Source of the DNA: an uncultured Planctomycetales bacterium
GTDB taxonomy: Bacteria; Omnitrophota; Gorgyraeia; Gygaellales; Profunditerraquicolaceae
Reading direction: 5' to 3'
Length of the DNA: 64,000 nt
Assembly (NCBI GenBank): GCA_964427405.1
Contig: CAYRUB010000002.1
Coordinates: 4,741-68,740, forward strand
Shown piece after piece: positions 57,156 to 64,000 of this stretch. The notes beneath the pieces are model-generated. The model was not told where the DNA came from and did not search any database. It worked only from the letters and a program-made list of their open reading frames with translations. Numbering within the stretch: the first letter of the stretch is position 1; each line of letters starts with the position of its first letter. The translations under genes were made by a program, and so were the position numbers.

Positions 57156-57389
57156 ATGCCATACGATAGCAGCTTAGATGCGCAGATATTCAGCCGTTTT
57201 TGGGAAAATGATTCCGGTAAGATTGTTGTCAGTGTTTATTCATACAACAATGGGCCGCGTAAAATCCAGATCGTAAGAGAGATAAAAGATAGAAATGGCG
57301 AATATGCCTTTGCCAAGTTAGGCAGGTTAACTAAAGAGGAAGCAGAGGGGGTTCTGCCATTAATTCAAGAAGCCCTGAAGAATATGTAA
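57156..57389 (+). CDS. Small conserved-looking protein, possible PC4/YdbC-like fold
   Basis: AGGAGGAG SD; VSVYSYNNG.RKIQI...KLGRLTKEE. Confidence 0.65.
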   Translation: MPYDSSLDAQIFSRFWENDSGKIVVSVYSYNNGPRKIQIVREIKDRNGEYAFAKLGRLTKEEAEGVLPLIQEALKNM

Positions 57390-57402
57390 TAAGTAATAAA
57401 TT

Positions 57403-58971
57403 ATGGTTCAGGTAAAAAAAAGAGATAATTGGGGGTCGCGCCTGGGGATTATTATGGCTGTGGCAGGCTCTGCCATTGGTTTAGGTAATTTCCTGCGTTT
57501 TCCGGCAAAGGCTGCCGCAAATGGCGGCGGCGCATTTATGATCCCCTATTTTATATCCTTGTTTCTTTTAGGGATTCCCCTTATGTGGATTGAATGGACG
57601 CTTGGCCGTTATGGCGGAGGTTTTGGCCATGGGACCGCTCCCGGCATATTCCACAGCCTTTGGCAGAAAAATCGGTTTATCAAATATTTCGGCGTAATCG
57701 GAATATTCGGCCCCCTGATAATTTTCATTTATTATTTGTTTATTGAATCCTGGACGCTGGCTTATAGTTTCTTTGCTTTAACCGGCAAATACACTGCGCT
57801 TATAGACCAAAATTCACTGCGTAGTTTTCTGGCTGGATTTCAGGGTTTAGAAAAGAACCAGTATTTTAGCGGGATAGGAACAGCGTATACATTTTTTTTG
57901 GTTACCTTTTTGTTGAATATCTGGGTAATTTATTACGGAATAAAAGGCGGGATAGAGAAGCTTTGCAAATGGGCGCTTCCGCTTTTGTTTATTTTTGGAT
58001 TAGTGCTTATAGTCAGAGTTATGACTTTAGGCACTCCGGATTTAAACAAGCCTGATTGGAATGTTTTGGCAGGATTTGGGTTTTTATGGAACCCTGATTT
58101 TTCCGCGCTTAAGTCCGCTAAGGTCTGGCTTGAGGCCGCAGGCCAGATATTTTTTACCTTAAGTGTGGGCATCGGGGTGATTCTTACCTATGCCAGTTAT
58201 TTGAAAAAAGCCGATGATGTTGTGCTTTCCGGACTTACTGCCGCCACTACTAATGAAGTTGCCGAAGTTATATTTGGGGCAAGCATAGTAATACCTGCGG
58301 CATTTGTATTTTTTGGCCCGGTAGATATCAAATCTATCGCCCAGTCGGGGGTATTTAACTTAGGTTTTGTAACTATGCCGTTAGTCTTAAATAAACTTCC
58401 CTTGCCGGCGGTATTCGGATTCTTCTGGTTTTTCTTATTGTTCCTGGCTGGTATTACTTCTTCGGTTTCTTTGGCGCAGCCGGCAGTGGCATTTTTGGAG
58501 GATGAATTCAATATCAACCGTAAACGAGCCGTCTCTATATTTGGCATAGTTGCTTTTATACTATGCCAGCCAGCAGTATTTTTTCTTGGCCGCGGTGTAG
58601 TTAATGAACTGGATTTTTGGGGAGGTACATTTTTCTTAGTGGTTTTTGCCGCAATCGAGACGGTGCTTTTTATCTGGGTCTTTGGTATGGATAAGGCTTG
58701 GGATGAGATACATAAGGGGGCGCAGATGCCTGTTCCCAGGGCCTATAAATTTATTATTAAGTATATTACACCGTTGTTTTTATTTGTTATTCTGGGGATG
58801 TGGTTTATCCAGGAGTGGCTGCCTATAATCATGATGAAGAATGTCTCTGGTGCAGACAAACCCTTTGTTTTTGGTACGCGCTTAGGTTTATTGTTTATAT
58901 TTATAACCTTAGCAGTTTTGGTAAAGATTGCCTGGAGGAGAAAAAAACCGGGAGGGGGAAGGCAAGAATGA
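57403..58971 (+). CDS. NSS sodium-dependent transporter (LeuT-like)
   Basis: AGSAIGLGNFLRFP, GGGAFMIPY, QIFFTLS, AGITSS. Confidence 0.95.
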   Translation: MVQVKKRDNWGSRLGIIMAVAGSAIGLGNFLRFPAKAAANGGGAFMIPYFISLFLLGIPLMWIEWTLGRYGGGFGHGTAPGIFHSLWQKNRFIKYFGVIGIFGPLIIFIYYLFIESWTLAYSFFALTGKYTALIDQNSLRSFLAGFQGLEKNQYFSGIGTAYTFFLVTFLLNIWVIYYGIKGGIEKLCKWALPLLFIFGLVLIVRVMTLGTPDLNKPDWNVLAGFGFLWNPDFSALKSAKVWLEAAGQIFFTLSVGIGVILTYASYLKKADDVVLSGLTAATTNEVAEVIFGASIVIPAAFVFFGPVDIKSIAQSGVFNLGFVTMPLVLNKLPLPAVFGFFWFFLLFLAGITSSVSLAQPAVAFLEDEFNINRKRAVSIFGIVAFILCQPAVFFLGRGVVNELDFWGGTFFLVVFAAIETVLFIWVFGMDKAWDEIHKGAQMPVPRAYKFIIKYITPLFLFVILGMWFIQEWLPIIMMKNVSGADKPFVFGTRLGLLFIFITLAVLVKIAWRRKKPGGGRQE

Positions 58972-59075
58972 AGTTGTCCGGATGGGGATTTATAATTCTT
59001 TCCTGGGGATTGATTATCAGCCTATTTGTTTTTTGTCTTATTAAAGTTTTCCCGAAGAATACCCCGCGCTTATAA
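58968..59075 (+). CDS. 35-aa single-TM protein, probable MetS-like NSS small subunit
   Basis: ATGA overlap with NSS stop; MKLSGWGFIILSWGLIISLFVFCLIKVFPKNTPRL. Confidence 0.65.
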   Translation: MKLSGWGFIILSWGLIISLFVFCLIKVFPKNTPRL

Positions 59076-59110
59076 GGAATTGCGCGGGTATGCCCTTATG
59101 GGCAAGGAGG
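59060..59110 (+). ncRNA. Unknown two-hairpin leader motif, copy C
   Basis: TACCCCGCGC-TTATAAGGAATT-GCGCGGGTA, then TGCCC-TTAT-GGGCA, then AGGAGG. Confidence 0.6.
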
Positions 59111-59113
59111 AAA

Positions 59114-59494
59114 ATGAAAAGACTATCAATTTTTCTGGTTTTATTTATCCTGCCGATTGTTTGCGGGTGCGTGCCTTTAATTATTGGTGCAGCTGCCGGA
59201 GGGTTGGGCGCTTATGCTGTGAGCAAAGATACGGTGCAGGGGGATAGTGACAAAAACTTTGATTTGCTTTGGGAATCAGCTATGGGCGTTGGTAAGCAAT
59301 ACGGCATAATCCAACAGGAAAATATTTCTACTGGTTATATTGAGTTGGCTGTTGATTCCAGTAAGGTTTGGATACGTCTTATCCGCCTGACTCAGGCTAC
59401 TACCCGGATCAGGATATCCGCGCGGAAATACCATTTTCCTAATATGGAATTGGCCCAGGATCTTTTCGTTAAGATTATCACAGGGGTAAAATAG
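59114..59494 (+). CDS. Lipoprotein (DUF3568-like)
   Basis: Lipobox VCGC, IGAAAGGLGAY; start ATG 59114 after AGGAGG. Confidence 0.75.
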   Translation: MKRLSIFLVLFILPIVCGCVPLIIGAAAGGLGAYAVSKDTVQGDSDKNFDLLWESAMGVGKQYGIIQQENISTGYIELAVDSSKVWIRLIRLTQATTRIRISARKYHFPNMELAQDLFVKIITGVK

Positions 59495-59620
59495 GGTATT
59501 CTTATCCTTGCCCTTACTATCGTTCGATCAAGGATTTCGCTGGACCAAAGCAAGCTGCTCAACTTTCTCCTTTTCTTTTTGAGAAATTTGTGTACAATAT
59601 ATAAAAATAGTTAACTTTTA

Positions 59621-59692
59621 GCCGAGATAGCTCAGTGGTAGAGCGCGGCCCTGAAAAGGCCGGCGTGGGGGGTCCGATTCCCTCTCTCGGCA
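59621..59692 (+). tRNA. tRNA-Phe(GAA), atypical T-loop
   Basis: Acceptor GCCGAGA/TCTCGGC; CGGCC-CTGAAAA-GGCCG; T-loop TCCGATT; CCA not encoded. Confidence 0.9.
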
Positions 59693-59702
59693 TTTAATAT
59701 TT

Positions 59703-59780
59703 AAGAGGGGTTTTATAACCCTCTTTTTTATTGTATTTAGGCGTAATCCCCTCATTTTTGGAAGGGTTACGCCTTTTTTT
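59703..59780 (+). terminator. Two tandem intrinsic terminators after tRNA-Phe
   Basis: AAGAGGGGTT/AACCCTCTT+T and AGGCGTAATCC/GGGTTACGCCT+T. Confidence 0.7.
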
Positions 59781-60044
59781 ATATCAGTTTATTTAGCTTG
59801 TTTTTAACTTTTAATAGTAAATTGTGAGATGAACTGTTAAGGCGGGAGATTTTTGATACATTATTTAAAGCAAAAGTGCTTGTAGGGTGCTGGAAGACAG
59901 AATATAATACAGGATCATGACGCGTAGCCCACTAAATTATCAGCCGCTTGCTCTTAGAAGCTATTAAGCCGGAATGGCTGGAAAATGCGGTTGCTCTCTT
60001 TTAAGAACCGCTACAGCTTATAGGGATAGATCGTTAGAATAAAG

Positions 60045-61493
60045 ATGATTGAGAATATTAATTCAAAGTCTTACGAGTGTTGTATTATAGGCGCAGGCCC
60101 AGCGGGCTTGGGGGTTGCATACGAACTAGTCAAAAATGGCGTTAAGGATATTTTAATCATCGATAAGAATAAACTGGTAGGGGGATTAGCAAGAACAGAT
60201 GTTTTATATGGGGATAGATTTGATGTTGGCCCCCATCGTTTTTTTACTAAGAACAAAGAAGTTGATAAGATTTGGCATGATACTTTGGGTCCGGCCTTCC
60301 AGCCTATAACCCGCTTGACTAGAATATGCTACAAAAATAAATATTTTAACTATCCAATAAAACTTGCAGATGTATTAATAAAAATGGGGCTCGTAGGTTC
60401 TTTAAGCCTAATATTTTCCTTCCTCTTTTCTCAAATAAATAAAAAAAATAAGCCGGTTACTCTTGAGCAATGGATAATTCAAAAGTTTGGTCGTAAATTG
60501 TATGAAACATTTTTTAAAACATATACGGAAAAAGTGTGGGGGATTCCTTGCAATAAGATAGGAGCAGAATGGGCTGCTCAAAGAATTAAAGGCTTAGATG
60601 TTTTTGAGGTCCTTAAAAACGCGCTTCCTGGAGTCAAAAATAAAAAAATAAAGACACTTGTAGAAGAATTTAATTTTCCCGTTTTAGGTGCTGGCCAAAT
60701 GTATGAAACTATGTGTGAAAAATTAGTTTCGCAGGGCGTAAAATTAATGCTAGAAAGTAAAGTAATCAGATTTAACCGGCAAGATAATACTGTGAAATCG
60801 ATAGATGTTTTAGGGGTAAATGGTGAAGAAATGAATATTAGTTCTAAACAGTTCTTTAGTAGTATTCCTTTGGCTCATTATTTTAGAATGTTAAATCCTG
60901 CCGAGTCAGGCCAAATCCTTGATTCCGTAGAGATGTTAAGATACAGGGATCATATTACTGTTAATTTATTAATAGGAAGAGAAAAGGTTTTTCCCGATCA
61001 ATGGATCTATGTGCATTCTCCGGATGTCCAAATCGCAAGAATAACTAATTATAAAAACTTCTCAAAAAAAATGGTGAAAGATAAAAATAAAACAACATTG
61101 AGCGTTGAATATTTTGTTTTTATGTCTGATGATCTTTGGAGTAAAACAGATGAATCCTTATCAGCTATGGCGATTAATGAGTTAGAAAAAATGCGTTTGA
61201 TAAAAAGAGATGAGGTGGAAAGGTATTGGGTTGTCCGCCAAACAGAGGCCTATCCCATTTACTATTTAGGTTTTCAAGATCACTACGAATCATTAAAATC
61301 GAGAATAGACCAATTTGTTAACTTCTACTCCATTGGAAGGGCAGGTATGCATAAGTATAACAACCAGGATCATTCCCTCATTAGCGGTGTATTGGCGGCC
61401 CGGAATTATCTTAAATTACCCGCTTCTCCTTATGCGCTGTGGGATATTAATGTTGATGCTGAATATCATGAAAGCACTCAAAAGAACACATGA
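60045..61493 (+). CDS. FAD-dependent oxidoreductase (UDP-galactopyranose mutase/HemY-like)
   Basis: GAGPAG, GGLART, DVGPHRF, YTEKVWG, GRAGMHKYNNQDHS. Confidence 0.85.
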   Translation: MIENINSKSYECCIIGAGPAGLGVAYELVKNGVKDILIIDKNKLVGGLARTDVLYGDRFDVGPHRFFTKNKEVDKIWHDTLGPAFQPITRLTRICYKNKYFNYPIKLADVLIKMGLVGSLSLIFSFLFSQINKKNKPVTLEQWIIQKFGRKLYETFFKTYTEKVWGIPCNKIGAEWAAQRIKGLDVFEVLKNALPGVKNKKIKTLVEEFNFPVLGAGQMYETMCEKLVSQGVKLMLESKVIRFNRQDNTVKSIDVLGVNGEEMNISSKQFFSSIPLAHYFRMLNPAESGQILDSVEMLRYRDHITVNLLIGREKVFPDQWIYVHSPDVQIARITNYKNFSKKMVKDKNKTTLSVEYFVFMSDDLWSKTDESLSAMAINELEKMRLIKRDEVERYWVVRQTEAYPIYYLGFQDHYESLKSRIDQFVNFYSIGRAGMHKYNNQDHSLISGVLAARNYLKLPASPYALWDINVDAEYHESTQKNT

Positions 61494-61514
61494 GTAGGAT
61501 TATTACAAAGTAAA

Positions 61515-62963
61515 TTATAGAATCTTTAACAGGACAACGATGCAGATAATCATTAAAGGTAGGAACAAGATAGGTGTAAATTTCAACATCGGTTTGTTAA
61601 AAAACATTCCTGCGTTTAAATACCATAGGTCAAATCCCTTATAACCAGCAAGGGCAGAAGTATTTACTTGTGTTTCTGAATTTATCCCGAATTCAGAAAG
61701 GGTATATAAGTTGTCTTTTTTAATCAATTTATGTTTTAATACTATAAGCGAGCCGATAATCTGAGCTGGCATACCTTTGCGCACGCCTTCCTGTCCGTTT
61801 GCATTGCAAATCGTAAGGTATTCAAGGTTCCCCTGCAGGATACTGATCCCCTGGACAGAAACGGATAAGAAAATTAGTAGTATTAATATTGCTTTAACTG
61901 CTCCTTTTTTATAAAAGAAGAAGTAGCAGGGGATAAGCCATAATGGGGCTACGGGAACTAAATATCTCGGCCCCCAGGAGCATCCTCCGTACCAGGCATA
62001 CCACATACAGGTTAAGATAAAGTTAAGCGCGATGACAGAGATGAAAAAGACTGCTTCCTTCCGGAATGTTTTAAAGAACTTAAAATACCCAAAAATCCCC
62101 AGAATAAACAAGGGGTTATAAATAAATATTCCTTTGTCGAGCCAATAGAGCAGCTTTGTTGCGTGCTCTTTAATTCCTGATAAATAAAAATTAGCAGCCT
62201 CTCCGCCATATCCAAATTCAAGAAATTCTCCAAATCTTATATAATTCAGGAAAAGAATAAAACCAAATCCCATTAGCGTGATAAAAATAAATATGCACTC
62301 ACGCCTAAGGAGGTCTTTCATATTTTGCCTGTTTTTCATTAAAATGTATAAAAGAAAAATAGGCAGGTAAACCATATATAAAGTTTTTAATAAAAACAGG
62401 CAGGAAAAAGAGAGCGCCCCAAGGATTACCTCTTTAATGCTGTTTTTAAGAAGGCAATAAATAGACAGGAAAAGAAAAAACATTTGGGTTGTTTCGGGAA
62501 AATCCCAAACGCTATAACGCCAGCAGAAAGTCCCAAGGCCTAATAATAAGGCCATTATCAGGGATATACGGTTAGAATTTCCGAAAAACCTGATCAGGTA
62601 GAACATTATTACGCAGGCACCGGCGCCAAAAAATATATTATAAAATGATAAGAGAAAATCAATAAGTTGTTTTTCCGGTAGGCCGGTAAAGGCGGCAATG
62701 TTTTTCGCCAGTAAAACATAAGGGGTAAAGATAAAGGCTAACCCTAAACCGTATTTGGAGTAATATTTTCCATCCAGTTCTGACTTATGACAGAATCCGG
62801 AGCGGCAGCCTTCTGCTGATAGGGAATGATTTGCAATAATTGTTTTTGCGGTTTGTATGGAGAAATAAGTATCGGATACTTCAATATTTCCCTTTGCTGA
62901 AAGAAAATATATCAGGCTGATTAGACAGAATATTAACAAGCCTATTTGTGTTTTTTTCTGCAT
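61515..62963 (-). CDS. GT-C fold membrane glycosyltransferase (ArnT/PMT-like)
   Basis: Multi-TM; SD in first loop, YSKYGLG, KGIFIYNP, WYGGCSWGPRYLVP. Confidence 0.7.
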   Translation of the reverse strand: MQKKTQIGLLIFCLISLIYFLSAKGNIEVSDTYFSIQTAKTIIANHSLSAEGCRSGFCHKSELDGKYYSKYGLGLAFIFTPYVLLAKNIAAFTGLPEKQLIDFLLSFYNIFFGAGACVIMFYLIRFFGNSNRISLIMALLLGLGTFCWRYSVWDFPETTQMFFLFLSIYCLLKNSIKEVILGALSFSCLFLLKTLYMVYLPIFLLYILMKNRQNMKDLLRRECIFIFITLMGFGFILFLNYIRFGEFLEFGYGGEAANFYLSGIKEHATKLLYWLDKGIFIYNPLFILGIFGYFKFFKTFRKEAVFFISVIALNFILTCMWYAWYGGCSWGPRYLVPVAPLWLIPCYFFFYKKGAVKAILILLIFLSVSVQGISILQGNLEYLTICNANGQEGVRKGMPAQIIGSLIVLKHKLIKKDNLYTLSEFGINSETQVNTSALAGYKGFDLWYLNAGMFFNKPMLKFTPILFLPLMIICIVVLLKIL

Positions 62964-63077
62964 AATCTTTAAACCTTGGCAATATCGGAGTTAAATAATT
63001 ATAATATTATATCATATTATAATAAGTAGTTCAGGCATATTTAGATAAAGAAGGTTGTGGTTTGGGTTGTAAGTTAT

Positions 63078-63113
63078 AAAAAAAGACCGGATCTAATAGA
63101 TCCGGTCTTTTTT
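63078..63113 (-). terminator. Intrinsic (bidirectional-looking) terminator of cold-shock gene 2
   Basis: AAAAAAGACCGGATCT/AGATCCGGTCTTTTTT. Confidence 0.85.
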
Positions 63114-63130
63114 CTCTTCTATACGTAAAC

Positions 63131-63331
63131 TTATATCTTTTTTACGTTAGTTGCCTGGTCACCTTTGGGGCCTTGCGTAACCTCAAATTCAACTTCATCG
63201 CCCTCTGCTAAAGACTTATAGCCTTCTCCTGTGATAGCGCTAAAATGCACAAATACATCTTTGCCATCTTCGGAAGTAACAAAGCCGTAACCTTTTTGAT
63301 TGCTGAACCATTTTACTTTACCTTTTGCCAT
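63131..63331 (-). CDS. Cold-shock protein
   Basis: KGYGFV, DVFVHFS; GGAGGAGGT SD. Confidence 0.97.
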   Translation of the reverse strand: MAKGKVKWFSNQKGYGFVTSEDGKDVFVHFSAITGEGYKSLAEGDEVEFEVTQGPKGDQATNVKKI

Positions 63332-63462
63332 TTTCTAATTCTCACCTCCTCCACAGATAAAAAAATCCGCAAAGCATGGTTGTTATTTGTTGCTGCTTTG
63401 CGGTTTATACTTGATACTAAACAATTTCTTTACTTCTCCTCTGAACTTAAACTTACAAACTA

Positions 63463-63545
63463 AATATACCATGAATTGTCTGTTTGTCAACCTTTTTTAT
63501 AAAGTTTAAGCGGGTAATTGACTATTAGCCAGGAATTGGTATAAT
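63463..63545. promoter_or_regulatory. Divergent promoters for cold-shock gene 2 (-) and tRNA-Thr (+)
   Basis: Minus TTGACA-N16-TATATT (63490-63463); plus TTGACT-N16-TATAAT (63518-63545); both TG-extended. Confidence 0.75.
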
Positions 63546-63557
63546 GTTGGACAAATT

Positions 63558-63630
63558 GCCGATGTAGCTCAGTTGGTAGAGCAGGACTTTCGTAAAGTCA
63601 AGGTCGGTGGTTCGATTCCACTCATCGGCT
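63558..63630 (+). tRNA. tRNA-Thr(CGT)
   Basis: Acceptor GCCGATG/CATCGGC; loop TTCGTAA; GGTGG-TTCGATT-CCACT; CCA not encoded. Confidence 0.93.
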
Positions 63631-63638
63631 TAATTTTA

Positions 63639-63685
63639 AGGCAAACCCTGCCTTGCCGGCAGGCATGGTTTTCTAACCTATGGCT
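63639..63685 (+). repeat. Half-copy of the 42-bp repeat with an inserted CCTGCC/GGCAGG hairpin
   Basis: AGGCAAACC[CTGCCTTGCCGGCAGGC]ATGGTTTTCTAACCTATGGCT matches 26620-26647. Confidence 0.7.
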
Positions 63686-64000
63686 AGATTCCGCGAAGTC
63701 TTAAAAAATCGTAATTTTTTCCTGTTATGGATTGGACAGATTATCTCGCAGTTGGGGGATAGGCTGGGCCAGATGGCCCTGATCGCTTTTGTCTACATGC
63801 GTGCTCCAGGCTCTACCTTGCAGATTGCCAAGATCCTTTCTTTTACCATAATTCCGGTCTTTATTGTCGGCCCCCTGGCCGGGGTTTATGTGGACCGTTG
63901 GGATAGGCGCAGGACAATGTTTGCTTGTGACTTCCTGCGCAGTTTATTAGTTTTAGCTATACCCTTATTTTTGTTCTATACAAAGAGCTTGGCTCCAGTT
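63680..64000 (+). CDS. MFS transporter, 3'-truncated by window edge
   Basis: MARFREVLKNRNFFLLWIGQIISQLGD...AGVYVDRWDRRR. Confidence 0.9.
   Translation, partial: MARFREVLKNRNFFLLWIGQIISQLGDRLGQMALIAFVYMRAPGSTLQIAKILSFTIIPVFIVGPLAGVYVDRWDRRRTMFACDFLRSLLVLAIPLFLFYTKSLAPV

Noticed and set aside
59917-59967. Short ORF MTRSPLNYQPLALRSY after a TATAAT box
   Set aside because: No recognisable features or independent support; could be chance.
63484-63510. TTGTCAACC as a BirA half-site
   Set aside because: No matching second arm at the right spacing; it is the -35 of the csp promoter.
59693-63557. Prophage or integrative element between the two tRNAs
   Set aside because: No integrase, phage genes or duplicated tRNA 3' end seen.

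Overview
Chromosomal window from a moderately AT-rich diderm bacterium, probably an anaerobe (Lnt, lipid A-type acyltransferase, TonB receptor, Hcp, rubredoxin, flavodiiron protein). Gene style suggests Ca. Omnitrophota/PVC, but this is unverified inference. It holds about 65 genes, mostly on the + strand: housekeeping (prfB with +1 frameshift, secA, lnt, mnmA, nadA, uppP, birA, bioY), an Rrf2-hcp-rubredoxin-tpx-fprA-trxB redox-stress region, a nifU-larE-iscS sulfur operon, two cold-shock genes, tRNA-Phe(GAA) and tRNA-Thr(CGT). No CRISPR, prophage or transposase was seen. Most notable observations: (1) a BirA-type operator over the promoter of a TonB-dependent receptor right after birA, a candidate outer-membrane biotin importer; (2) a three-copy two-hairpin RNA motif with compensatory changes, always abutting a Shine-Dalgarno; (3) an 8-gene phosphatase/two aminotransferase/ureohydrolase/esterase/GNAT/SMR-pair cluster of unknown product; (4) a PilT paralog with altered catalytic residues; (5) small ORFs missed by the ORF track (bL37-like, rubredoxin, Cys leader peptide, SOR remnant, MetS-like); (6) several short palindromic elements, some supplying start or stop codons. 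All calls come from reading motifs by eye; no searches were run.
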